Shown one piece after another: positions 11,258-24,452 of a stretch of DNA of 64,000 nt. Numbering within the stretch: position 1 is the first letter of the stretch; each line of letters opens with the position of its first letter. The notes under the pieces are model-generated. The model saw nothing but the letters and a program-made list of their open reading frames with translations, was not told where the DNA came from and searched no databases. Position numbers and translations under genes: made by a program. The stretch comes from Eledone cirrhosa. Taxonomy: Eukaryota. The stretch lies in assembly GCA_964016885.1 (NCBI GenBank), contig OZ024764.1, positions 21,576,001 through 21,640,000 of the forward strand. The letters are read 5' to 3'.

Positions 11258-13385
11258 CTCTCTCAACTCATCTATGCCTGGTCGTTGATGCACATTGACA
11301 TTGCACATCCAACGGAGCATACTTGCTTCATTTTTCTCCAGCCGTTGCATATCCTCTGCAGTTGCTGTCCGTGTCTCACTACCGTGCAGCATCACACATC
11401 TCACGCAGGCATCACCAGCCATTCGTTCTTAGAGAGAAACTCTTCTTTGTCAACAGAGGAAGCAGTTCCCTAAACTTCTTCCAACCCGTCCTTATTCTAG
11501 ATACTATGGCATCTGGGCACCCTCCTCCCATGCTAATTTGATCACCTAGGTATCGGAAGCTATCAACCACTTCTATAGAACCTATCTGCATTGGAAAAAA
11601 TGTGTCTATCACTGCGACTTCTACTGTCAAATGTCCCTGTACATCTACTGCATATGTAGTTTTCCCTACCTGTTAGTTTGCCTGCTATCCCACTACATTT
11701 CTTGTGTACCCAAAATCTGCATTGTGTACATTATAGAATTTATGCCAGTTCCTTTTCTACATATTAAACAAGGCCATTTCCCTGATGGAATGACAGTTTT
11801 GTCCTCTTTTCTACTTCCCATGGGAACCTAGTCTTAAACTCCTCTGTTATGACTTGGAGGACTATAATGAACAAGAGCGGGCTGAGGACCGAACCCTGAT
11901 GTACTCCTGCATCTGTAATTCCTCACTAAACTCCATGCCTACCCTCACTTTACTGACAGCACCTCTGTACATAGCTTGCACTGTCTTCACAAACTATTCC
12001 TCTACACCTAGTTTCCTTAGGGACCACCAGATGACAGATTGGGGTACTCTATCAAAGGCCTTCTCTAGGTCAACAAAAACTAAGTATAGTGGTTTTCTTC
12101 TCTAAGAACCTCTCTTGTAGTTGTCTCACTAAGAAGAGGGCATCTGTTTGACTCTTTCTCTAAGTTGCGCTAGTATTCTTTCTGTCACTTTCATAACCTG
12201 ATCCATCAGTTTTATACCCCTATAATTACTCCCCTCCAGAACATACCCTTTACCTTTACCTCAAATTATGAGAATACTGCTGCACCAGTCTTTGGGTATG
12301 ACACCACCATATATAGCTTGATTTATGATGCAACCAGTTTAATTCCTACTTCTCTTGATGCCTTCAGCATCTCAGCAACTATCACCAACAGTCCAGCGGA
12401 CTTACCATTTTTCATTTCCTTAATTGCCTCTTGCACCCTATAGTCGTCAATCTCAATAGCTGGTCCTTCTGTCGGGTCTACTGAAGGTAGCTCCCCTCCT
12501 ATTCATTCTCCACATTCATCAGTCTCTCATAATGACATTTCCAGGCCTCCTTTTTTTTGAGAATCAGTGACACTAAGTGCACCAACATCCTGATTTACAC
12601 TGACACACTGCCTTGCAATGCGGAACACTGCACATCTCTGATCTCCCCATCGCAGGACATTGGCAAACCTTCTACTCTCAGCCTCCCTGCATGTTAAGTA
12701 AACATGACATCTAGCTTCTCTCTTAGTGGCTGTGTATCGGTCTCTACCCCTACCATTTTTCCAAGCCTTTTGCCTCTAATGGCTCTATCTACCATGCTGT
12801 TCCACCACCAGGTCACCCTCTGTCTGGTTGGAGCTCTGCTCCAGCCACAAGTTTCTTCAGTAACCTGCAGTAAGTTGTCACGTAAGAAATTCCAGTTATC
12901 GTCCATGTCATAGGACTCTAAATCGTCTTCTTTTTCGTCATACACATCTTGAAGGGCTTCCCTAATTTATATTTTAGTGAAAGGTCTTTTAGTTTCCAGA
13001 CCTTCCTTTTTCACACTTTCTTGTATGTCTCTCTTTGTCTCTTGCTTACTGAGATGTCACTAACGACTAACCTATGTTGGGGGGTTACATTGTTCCCTGG
13101 GGTATGCCTTAGTATTTGACACCATCTATCTCTCTTCCTGCCTAACTAGCAAGAAGTCAATCTGTTTCAGGTGTTCACCTGATTGGTAGGTTATTAGGTG
13201 GTTGGTAGGTTTCTTGAAGTGTTGCAAATGGTTAGTTCACTTGCATCACAAAATACAAGAAGCCTCACTCCTTCTTCATTTCTTGAGCCATAACCATGAC
13301 CACCATGTACCCCATTGTATCCATCCTGCAGCTGTCCAACATGACCATTGAAGTCCCCTGCTATTATAACTAGGTCTCTGTCATT
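11258..13385 (-). mobile_element. Old RTE LINE, frameshifted (APE and RT remnants)
   Basis: VVDSFRYLGDQIS, RTGWKKFRELLPLL, WNFLRDNLLQVTEETCGW...WWWN and GDFNGHVG on the minus strand. Confidence 0.9.
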
Positions 13386-13720
13386 GTGGTTATCTCTACT
13401 TATTCCTTTTCTACATATGGAGCAGGGCCACTTTCCTGAAGGGGTCAGGGTCTTCTCTCCTATCCATTAGCACTTTAGTTTTGGCTAAGTATATTCTCAG
13501 AACTTATCATTTCAAATTCTATATCTATAGTTGGTCATCTACATAGAGAAGTTTCCATAGACAGCCAGTCTTAAACCTCTCTGTTATGGCTTGGAGAACT
13601 ATGATGAACAACAGTGGGCTAAGAACTAAACCATGATGAACTCCTACCTGTACCTTCAATTCCTCACTAAACACACTTTACTGACAGCTTCTCACAAGCC
13701 ATTCTTCTACACCTAATTTC
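13386..13720 (-). mobile_element. Second old RTE RT fragment
   Basis: Minus strand encodes degenerate VGVHHGLVLSPLLFIIVLQAITERFKTGC. Copy at 31281-31612. Confidence 0.75.
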
Positions 13721-13725
13721 TTTAA

Positions 13726-13933
13726 CCCTTTAGTATATAAACTGGCCATATCTGGCCAGAATTCTCCCACATCTTTCTGTTCAAACTGGCCGTAACTGGT
13801 CATTTATACTTATGTTAAGGTATTGTTCTCAAAATAAATAACATGAAAATCTCATAGATTTGATATTATGTGAGATAAAGCATTTACTGTGAAAATATAA
13901 TAGTAAATATAGAGTAATGTGAATACTAAAGTG
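13726..13933. mobile_element. piggyBac-type MITE
   Basis: TTAA|CCCTTTAGTAT ... ATACTAAAG(T/G)G|TTAA: TTAA TSD and CCC/GGG termini, perfect in the copy at 31618-33501. Confidence 0.75.
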
Positions 13934-13935
13934 TT

Positions 13936-14700
13936 AATCTAATGTCACTAATAACTACTTTTATCAGTCAGTATAATCTAATGCCACTAATAACTACTTT
14001 TATCAGTCAGTATAATCTAATGTCACTAATAACTACTTTTATCAGTCAGTATAATCTAAAGTCACTAATAACTACTTTTATCTGTCAGTATAATCTAAAG
14101 TCACTAATAACTACTTTTATCAGTCAGTTTAATCTAATGTCACTAATAACTACTTTTATCTGTCAGTTTAATCTAACGTCACTAATAACTACTTTTATCT
14201 GTCAGTATAATCTAATGTCACTAATAACTACTTTTATCAGTCAGTATAATCTAATGTCACTAATAACTACTTTTATCAGTCAGTATAATCTAATGTCACT
14301 AATAACTACTTTTATCAGTCAGTTTAATCTAATGTCACTAATAACTACTTTTATCAGTCAGTTTAATCTAATGCCACTAATAACTACTTTTATCAGTCAG
14401 TATAATCTAATGTCACTAATAACTACTTTTATCAGTCAGTATAATCTAAAGTCACTAATAACTACTTTTATCTGTCAGTATAATCTAAAGTCACTAATAA
14501 CTACTTTTATCAGTCAGTTTAATCTAATGCCACTAATAACTACTTTTATCAGTCAGTATAATCTAATGTCACTAATAACTACTTTTATCAGTCAGTATAA
14601 TCTAAAGTCACTAATAACTACTTTTATCAGTCAGTATAATCTAATGTCACTAATAACTACTTTCATCAGTCAGTATAATCTACTACCACTAATAACTAAC
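13936..14700. repeat. 39-bp minisatellite, about 19.5 copies
   Basis: Unit aatctaatgtcactaataactacttttatcagtcagtat. Only about 3.5 copies at 33504-33645 and 49409-49550. Confidence 0.95.
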
Positions 14701-14824
14701 CTATGTTAGTCAGCACATTCTTCACCAAAGAAGGCCTTAGTATTTATTACAGTCCATTTATCAATATAGAAATATTATATGAAATTTGTACTGATGTATT
14801 ACAAGTTTCTGAGTATCTTATAAT

Positions 14825-14842
14825 GTTCTTTTATTATTTCAG
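14825..14842 (+). promoter_or_regulatory. Putative 3' splice acceptor of the ZNF coding exon
   Basis: ttcttttattatttcAG|AATACC; identical at 33786 and 49691. Confidence 0.65.
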
Positions 14843-15642
14843 AATACCAGAGGACATTGGCATTAAAGAGCACGTTACATCAGACATATCCTCAATATTA
14901 ACCATTTCTAATGAAAGACACTACCCATCATTTTCAAATAATTTTGAAAACACTCAACACTTTGAAGGGATTTAGTAATATAACTATATTTCTCAGTATT
15001 AAGCTGCTATTTGGAACATAACTTTGCACAATTTCATGAAGTTATAATGGAAAGTTTTTAGATACATATAAAGACTGATATGAAAAGGATAAAACACTTT
15101 TATATCAGTTGTTTCATCAACACCATTATTTAAAGACTAAAGGAAGCTGTTATACAGAACAGATACAACATTGTTTATATAAATCTATGGGAGAAATACT
15201 GGAAAATATTTCTTGTAAACTCAATAACACTTCTATTCTTTGCTGTCTAGAATATGTAGAAGATACAAAATAAAGCTGAAGAAATTCACAAATGATTTTG
15301 TAAGATCTTCATATATTGACAAAGATGATAGTAGATGGAACTACAGGAGTAGAAATATTTCCATTATTACAGGAATAACTAATCAAATAAAAACCAGAAA
15401 AATTAGATTCTTCGTTTTCTGGAATTTGTACAAAATGGTTTCATATGTATATTAAACTTGAAGCGATCTACAAAACAGTTTGTATCATCTTTAAATATAA
15501 AGAAAGACCAAAGTTGATGTAAATATATCTGGAGGAATATGTTTTAGGAATAATATTATAAACATAAAGAAGAAAAATATCCATATATTGACAGAAGAAA
15601 AATATTAAAACTGTGAACTATGTGAGAAACTGAGGTCATTGA

Positions 15643-16775
<1,133 letters not shown>

Positions 16776-17034
16776 CTGTGTCAATTTGAAACTCATTACA
16801 TCATACTACAACAAATGTGTAGATCCATCATCCTTGCTAAAACTGGGGATAACCTTGTAGGTTTTACCTATGACAGGGATCATAAAACCAGGTTTCCATT
16901 TTTGAAGTAGTGTTTGAAGATTTTGTGTAAATTGAAGTTTTTCACATTAAACTTTGATTTATTATACTTTCACAGGTAAGATATATATTTGTATTTTTAG
17001 TAAAGGTTGGGAACTTCTGTAATTTAAACCTGCC

Positions 17035-17040
17035 AATAAA
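17035..17040 (+). terminator. Putative polyadenylation signal AATAAA
   Basis: About 260 nt after the ancestral stop and followed by a T/GT-rich tract. Conserved at 36073 and 51029. Confidence 0.55.
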
Positions 17041-17169
17041 ATGAAAACTTTTTTTGTTGCTAGTCAGACATTGATATTAATTCTATTGTCCTGTACATTG
17101 TCTCAAATATCACAGATTAAACAGATTTTAACAATATCAACAGAAATCAATAACTTGTAAGCCTAATAT

Positions 17170-18005
17170 TTAGCTTCCATTTTAACTATTTGATATTGTT
17201 GTTCCCCTCCTGTCTCTTCAGGTCTTTTAGATTTCAACTTCTATCTACTGTACTATTCCATCACCAAGGCAACATTCATCTGGCTGGCAGCTTACATCAG
17301 CTACAGATCTCACAGTGGTTCACAACAGGCTGTCTGAAAGAAACTTGCAGATATCTTCTATATCATAGCTATCAATCTCCTCCTCCTTATCATATGTATC
17401 ATGTAGAACATCTCTGAATTTATATTTAACAGGGAGATCTTTTACCGTCCCTACCCTTTTCTCTAGGTTGTCTTGTACCTCTCTCACAGTCCCTATATAT
17501 ATCTTATATTTAACAGGGAGATCTTTTACTATCCCTACCCTTTTCTCTAGATTGTCTTGTATCTCTTTCACAGTCCCTCTAGATCTTATATTTAACAGGG
17601 AGATCTTTTACTAGCCCTACCCTTTTCTCTAGGTTTTCTTTTACCTCTCTCACAGTCCCTCTAGATCTTATATTTAACAGGGAGATCTTTTACTCTCCAA
17701 CCCTTTTCTCTAGGTCGTCTTGTACCTCCCTCACAATCCCTGTAGAATTTATATTTAACAGGGAGATCTTTTACTCTCCAACCCTTCTACAGATAGTCTT
17801 GTATATGTCATTCCCTCTAGATCTTACACCTCGTATCTAGTTTATGTTGAGTGGTACGTCCTTCTCCAGTAAAGGAGTTAATATTCCCAACCATCTGTCT
17901 ATCCTGTTTTCTGATGAGAATGAAGTCAATCTAGTTTATCTCTTCACCTGATTGAAGTAACTAGATCAAGTAACTAGATGCTTTCCTGTAAGTTAGTGTT
18001 GCAGT
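17170..18005 (-). mobile_element. Very old RTE fragment containing an 82-bp tandem repeat
   Basis: KFRDVLHDTYDKEEEIDSYDIEDICKFL is homologous to the APE-RT linker of the young RTE. Copies at about 36200-37130 and 51150-51610. Confidence 0.7.
17415..17825. repeat. 82-bp minisatellite (about 5 copies)
   Basis: Unit tagatcttatatttaacagggagatcttttact...cacagtccctc. About 6 copies at 36440-36950, fewer at 51300-51430 and 58893-59040. Confidence 0.9.
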
Positions 18006-18116
18006 GTTTGTGTCACCATGTAAGGTTTATATCTATTAATATAGAGATGTAGTAAAGTTTTCACTGTTGTATCTCTATTTTCTAAATATCTTAATAACGT
18101 TTCTCTACTATTTCAG

Positions 18117-18507
18117 AATAGCACATGACCTTGACAGAAAAGAGTCTTTTAAAGACAACAGAAAGATGTTATATACAAGTGATATAAACTTGTTTTTATT
18201 CTGTGGTGAATTATGGTGAAATATTTCTTCTGAATTGAGATAAATATTTTCCTTTTTCACTGTCTGCAATATTTACAAGATGATTTTACATTCTGATTAA
18301 ACTTTAGATATTTCCAAAGGAGTTTTCAAAATATTTGGATATTGACAAAGATCACATTTGGTAAAAATTATGAACAATAGAAATATTTACATCAACATAG
18401 GAATATTTTCCAGAAGAGATGGGAAAATCATTATACCACTGTAATATTTGTGGTAAAGTATTCTCTATTCTTTATATGTAGAACATCTAACTAAACACTT
18501 TAACTAA
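18117..18507 (+). pseudogene. Decayed ZNF coding-exon relic with one broken finger
   Basis: Acceptor tttcAG|AATAGC is homologous to the real ZNF acceptor, and UTR blocks are shared. MGKSLYHCNICGKVFS at 18419, then out-of-frame HLTKH. Copies at 37241, 51710 and 59331, partial at 20394, and the tail at window start. Confidence 0.7.
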
Positions 18508-19377
18508 CAAACTATTGTGCTATAAAATTGACAAACTTGAGCAATGTTTAATAAATGTTACAGATTTCTCCAAACTGTCGTTTACTAACTTTAATTTGAA
18601 GCTATGTTATCTATATACTACTAAAACTCTGTAATTGTGTCTTGTCTAATTTAATACAGCTAAAACAGTGCATAATGTGGAAATACTTTGAAAGGAATAA
18701 AACAATTTTTGTATAAATTGGAGCACAGGTTCCCAAGATACAAGGTTTTCTGGGTACCTTTATATATATAGGGAGAGAAAGAGATAGTGGTTGTGAGAGT
18801 GAGGAGACAGATGGAAGAGAGAGAGAGCTGGTGGTGTTGTTTAATAAAATGTGTGTGTGTGTATATATATATACGTATGTGTATATTTTAACTATTTAAA
18901 AATCATTTTTAAATGACTTTTAAAAAATAGTTTTATTGGAACGTGACCCAACAGGTCCCGGATGGTCTAGTTTGTTACTAAATACTAGATATTAGAGGGT
19001 TATGTTGTTCTAGATGTGCTGGAAGAGCCATTCCATCTTGTGAGGTTCACACCAGCAGCTAGCCACCTCAGCACCTATGGTGGTATATTTATTATATTAT
19101 TTATTCTTTATCATTAACATTAATATAAAAGATAATTATATATTTTTAGAGAAGAACCTCTAACTTCATATAGCTTAGGGCTTCAGTAGGTAAAAGTTTG
19201 GCCCTGCTTGTCTTGTATTTTTTAGGGGAGAAGTTAGGGAATACTGTTATTGTGTGAAAGTTTTCTAAATCTTCTTCAGCCACTAACATGGAAAAGATAT
19301 TTCAGTAAGAAGGTTCACATCCTGACATCTATAGCTGTTGACAATGAGATTGGAATTCATTATTAAACAAATGTTAT

Positions 19378-20290
19378 ATCATCATCACTGTTTAACATCA
19401 GTTTTTCACGCTGGCATGGTTTAGACGAGTTATCCTGTTGTAAGCAAAGCCAGGTCAAGTGATAATGTGTTGCTCCTACAGAACAAATTTTGGTTTGGTT
19501 TCTGCAGCTGGATGCCCTTCCTAGCACCAACCTTATTTACATTGAGTACTGGGTGCATTTTACCATCTCACCATCACGACCTCTTTACAGTGTGGGCTGG
19601 GTGCTTTTTGTTGTGACACCTATATGACCACTTTACAGTGTGGGCTGGGTGCTTTTTGTTGTGACAGCTACATGACCACTTTACAGTGTGCATTGGTTAC
19701 TTTTTGTTGTGACACCAACATGACCACTTTATAGTGTGGACTGGGTACTTTTTGTTGTGACACCAACATGACCATTTTAAAGTTTTGGCTGGGTACTTTT
19801 TGTTGTCACCTACATGACCACTTTACAGTGTGGGCTGGGTGCTTTTTGCCGTGACACCTATGCAACCGCTTTACAGCGTGGGCTAGTTTCTTTTTGTCAT
19901 GTCACCTACATGACCAGTTTATAGTATTGGCTGTGTGTTCTTTACAGTGTGGGCTGGTTTCTTTTTGTTATATCACCTACATGACCACCTTATAGTGTTG
20001 GCGGTGTGTTCTTTGCAGTGTGAGCTGGTTTCTTTTTTTCATGTCACCTACATGACCAGTTTATAGTATTGGCTGTGTGTTCTTTACAGTGTGGGCTGGT
20101 TTCTTTTTGTCATATCACCTACATGACCACCTTATAATTTTGACTGTGTGTTCTTTGCAGTGTGGGCTGGTTTCTTTTTGTCATATCACCTACATGACCA
20201 CCTTATAATGTTGACTGTGTGTTCTTTACAGTGTGGGTTGGGTGCTTTTTGTCATATCTCCTACCCAACCACTTTGCAGTGTGGGCAGTG
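19378..20290 (-). mobile_element. Old RTE 3' end with expanded 48-bp minisatellite
   Basis: atcatcatc tail and gctggatgcccttcctagcaccaacc are the reverse complement of the RTE 3' UTR at 10240-10400. Copies at 21078, 38499, 53008 and 60570. Confidence 0.8.
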
Positions 20291-21672
20291 AAATATCAGT
20301 AATGCACCAGCTCCAATATTCAGTAATCAGAAGAAGGGAGGTAGGCATAAAAGCCAAACTTGCTGTCTTCAATTAGGTTTTTGTGCCAACCCTTTGGATA
20401 CTTACAAAGGAGTTTTCAAAATATTTGGATATTGACAAAGATCACATTTGGTAAAATTATGAACAATAGAAATATTTACATCAACATAGGAATATTTTCC
20501 AGAAGAGATGGGAAAATCATTATACCACTAATATTTGTGGTAAAGTATTCTCTCTTTATATGTAGAACATCTAACTAAACACTTTAACTAACAAACTATT
20601 GTGCTATAGAATTGACAAACTTGAACAATGTTTAATAAATGTTACAGATTTCTCCAAACTGTCGTTTACTAACTTTAATTTGAAGCTATATTATCTATAT
20701 ACTACTAAAACTCTGTGATTGTGTCTTGTCTGTAATTTAATACAGCTAAAACAGTGCATAATGGGGAAATACTTTGAAAAGAATAAAACAAGTTTTGTAT
20801 AAATTGGAGCACAGGTTCCCAAGATACGGGGTTTTCTGGGTACCTTCATAAATATAGGGAGAGAGCGAGACAGTGGTGGTGAGAGAGTGGGCGCTGGTGG
20901 TGTTGTTTAATAAATTGTGTGTGTGTGTGTATATATATATATACGTTTATTGTGTGAAAGTTTTCTAAATCTTCTTCAGCCACTAATATGGAGAAGATAT
21001 TTCAGTAAGAAGGTTCACATCCTGACATCTATAGCTGTTAACAATGAGATTGGAATTCATTATTAAACAAATGTTATATCATCATCACTGTTTTACATCA
21101 GTTTTTCCACGCTGGCATGGGTTAGACGAGTTATCCTGTTGTAAGCAATGCCAGGTCAGGTGACCACGTCTGGCTCCTACAGAACCAATTTTGATTTGGT
21201 TTCTACAGCTGGATGCCCTTCCTAGCACCAACCTTATTTACATTGAGTACTGGGTGATTTTTACTATCTCACCAACTCGACCACAGTGTGGGCTGGGTAC
21301 TTTTTTACTTTTTGTCGTGACACCTACATGACCACTTTACAGTGAGTACTGGGTACTTTTTATCGTGACACCTACAGTACCACTTTACAGGGTGGACTGG
21401 GTACTTTTTGCCATGACACCAATGTGACCACTTTACAGTGTGGATTGGGTACTTTTTGACGTGACACCTACATGACCACTTTACAGTGTGGATTGGGTAC
21501 TTTTTGTTGTGACACCTACATGACCACTTTACAGTGTGGATTGGGTACTTTTTGTCATGACACCTACACAACCTCTTTACAGTGTTGGCAGTGAAATCTA
21601 ATGCACCAGCTTCAGTAATCAGAATATACATATACACACACACAAACACAAATATATATATATATATATATT

Positions 21673-23742
21673 CAGTGGTACCTTGACTTACAAGTGTCCC
21701 AACTAATAAGTTTTTCGAGATACGAGCCCTCTCTCGGCTGATTTTTTGCGTTGAGTTCCAGAGTAAAATTCGGGTTACGAGTCAGCTTCAGATGCCCCTC
21801 CACTAGTTGGCATAGTGACCGCCACAGGCAATACCGTAATACCCGCCCGGCATCCCATGGCTTGGAAGAAAGTGAGGGCGAAGGACAGTTCTGAGAAGAA
21901 GAAGCAGATGATGTGTATTGAATTAAAGAAAGAAATTATAGAAAAACATGACCAAGGTGTGTGTGTAGTGGACTTGGTGAAGTAGTACGAGCATAGCACT
22001 TCTATGATATGTACCATACTGAAGTAGAAGGACTTGATAAAGGCTATAACCCCAGCTAAGGGTGGTAAAATAATTTCTAAACAGCGGACATCTATCCATG
22101 AAAATATGGAAAAGCTGCTGATGGTGTGGTTGACGGAGAAGCAGCTCGCAAGAGATACTGTGATGAAGATTATAATATGTGAGAAGGCACGAGCTATTTA
22201 CGCTGATTTGCTGCAGCAGACCCCAGGTACTTCTACGGACGAGCTATCGGCAAGCCCTTTAATGCCAGTCGGGGTTGGTTTGAGAATTTTAAAAAGAGGA
22301 CCGGCATTCACTCCGTTGTCAGGCATGGTGAGGCAGCGAGCGCGGATATGAAGGCAGCTGAGGATTACCTCAAAACCTTTGCCTGAATTATAGCAGCCAA
22401 AGGATACATCCCTCAGCAAGTCTTTAACTGTGATGAAACAGGACTTTTTTGGGAAGAAGATGCCAAGGAGGACTTATATAACGGCAGAGGAGAAGAGGAT
22501 GCCTGGCCACAAACCCATGAAGGATAGGCTAACCCTCGCACTGTGTGCCACTGAGCGGCGAGTGTTAGATTAAGTTGCCCCTCGTTTATCATTCAGAAAA
22601 CTCCAGAACCTTTAAGTCACATAAGATTCTGAAAGAAAAACTGCAGGTTATGTGGAGGGCAAACCCGAGGTCATGGGTCACCAGGTAGTTCTTTGTGGAG
22701 TGGGTGAATTTGGTCTTTGGTCCTGACGTTAAAAAATATCTCCATGAAAATAACCTACCCCTATAAACCCTTCTTGTCCTACATAATGCACCTGCTCACT
22801 CACCCACCCTCGAAGAGTTCAAGTTTATAAAGGTCCTCTACCTTCCACCAAACGCCACCCCTAACCTACAGACCAAGGACCAGCAGGTACTTTCTAATTT
22901 CAAGAAGCTCTTCACCAAGCACCTGTTCAGTCGCTGCTTTGAAGTGACGGAGAGCACAAACTTCACCCTTGAGAGGTCTGGAAGGACCATTATAACATCG
23001 TGATATGCCTCAGAATTATCGATATGACATGGCAGGGTCTTACAAGGAGGACCTTGACCTCTACATGGAAGAAGCTGTGGCCTGAAGTTGTGTCTAAAAC
23101 AGACTTTGAAAGACTCGAACCCGAAGCGGCAGTGGTGGAGGAGATTGTACCCCTCGGTAAGTCCATGGGCCTGGACATGGATGAAGGTGACATCAACGAG
23201 CTCATCGAGGAGCACCCCGAGGAAATGACAACGAAGGAATTAAAGGAGCTACAGACACAGCAACACACGGAGTTTTTGCAGGAAATAGGTGACACAGAGG
23301 AGGTTATCTCAACAAGTGAGATGAAACAAAACTTATTAGACAGGTTTTTATCGAAAATCCCTGCAGATAAAAGTGAGGAAAGCGTGGCGAAAAGAGCAAA
23401 AATCAGCGAATAAGATTCAGTTATTCAGTTCATCCTTTCTCCTCCGTCAACATCCTCAAGTCGTCTGATCTCCAAGATAGATGCTGTACATTATACTTAA
23501 TAAAACCAGTTTATTGCAGTACGTTCTATTGTATTGTTTTTTATATACAATATTTGTTATTTATAAGTACATTTGTCTTATTTAAAAACACGTAACAAAA
23601 CAAACTGTGGTTTTTGGGGGTCTGGAACGGATTAATGGCATTTTATTTTATTTCAGTGGGGAAAATTGATTTGACATACGAGTAATTTAAGTTACGAGGT
23701 CCTCCACGGAACAAATTATATTCTTAAGTCAAGGTACCACAG
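21673..23742 (+). mobile_element. Tigger/pogo-like DNA transposon, decayed
   Basis: TIRs cagtggtaccttgactta / taagtcaaggtaccacag. CENP-B-type HTH (IELKKEIIEKH, MEKLLMVWL) and DDE motif QQVFNCDETGLFW. Multiple stops and frameshifts. Confidence 0.9.
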
Positions 23743-23769
23743 TGTGTATATATATATATATATATATGA

Positions 23770-23943
23770 AGGAACGATCGACTTTCGTCAAATCGGACCT
23801 AGGAAGCAATGTTTCCATTGGTCTTTCCAATTGCTAGTACTATCGGTCGCAACTCCAGGTAGAAGGAACAACGTGAAATAAAGTGTCTTGCTCAAGGTCA
23901 TAACGCATCGCCTGGTCCAGGAATCGAACTCACAACCTCAAGA
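23770..23943 (-). mobile_element. tRNA-derived SINE, 5'-truncated
   Basis: Reverse complement of the SINE at 42736-42953 (B box and CORE-like ccttgagcaagacac). Copy at 63381-63553. Confidence 0.8.
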
Positions 23944-24019
23944 TATATATAAATGAAGAATATAGAAATTATTGTAGCAAAAAGCCAACAGTATTCCATT
24001 TTATATATATATATATGTA

Positions 24020-24452
24020 TATATAGTATAAAAGAGAAAACACAGGTAAGCATTAAGAGAAGGATTTTATCCAGGTATTTACAACCGTTTCATTGGTAAG
24101 TGCAACCTTATATTTCTATCCTGCAAATAGCAGCCACTCAATTATAATTGTTGTTCACAGTCCAAATTTTCAAAATAGTAAGTTACTCTTGAAATAATTC
24201 TTAATATATAGAGAAAAACATTTATTTGGAATTGTATTTACTAGTATAGAGAGAGAGGAATCAGAAGGTGAGGGGACAGACGGAATAGTATAGAGAGAGA
24301 GGAAGGGGGAAGAGGTAGGAAGTAGAGTGACAAACTGAGATGGAGGGAGGGGTAGAGGTGGCAGGATTCTTTGGTCAGTTTTGACAGCAGACTTCATGTC
24401 GTGGAATGTAGTGAGTTAAAGAGAATTAAATTGATCATTTTTGGAGGGATGG
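24020..24452 (-). mobile_element. Possible retroelement 3' end (Penelope-like?)
   Basis: Bounded by (TA)n. The minus strand has a weak LILFNSLHS..M motif, a CT-rich tract and gaaacggttgtaaat...ataaaa. Copy at 63635-64000. Family assignment is tentative. Confidence 0.3.

Noticed and set aside
13942-14709. 255-aa ORF of MSLITTFISQYNL repeats
   Set aside because: It is the translation of a 39-bp minisatellite (a multiple of 3) and is collapsed in the paralogs.
14703-14975. 90-aa ORF upstream of the ZNF (also 33647-33919)
   Set aside because: It spans the predicted splice acceptor, is broken in paralog 3, and has no recognisable KRAB, ZAD or SCAN domain.
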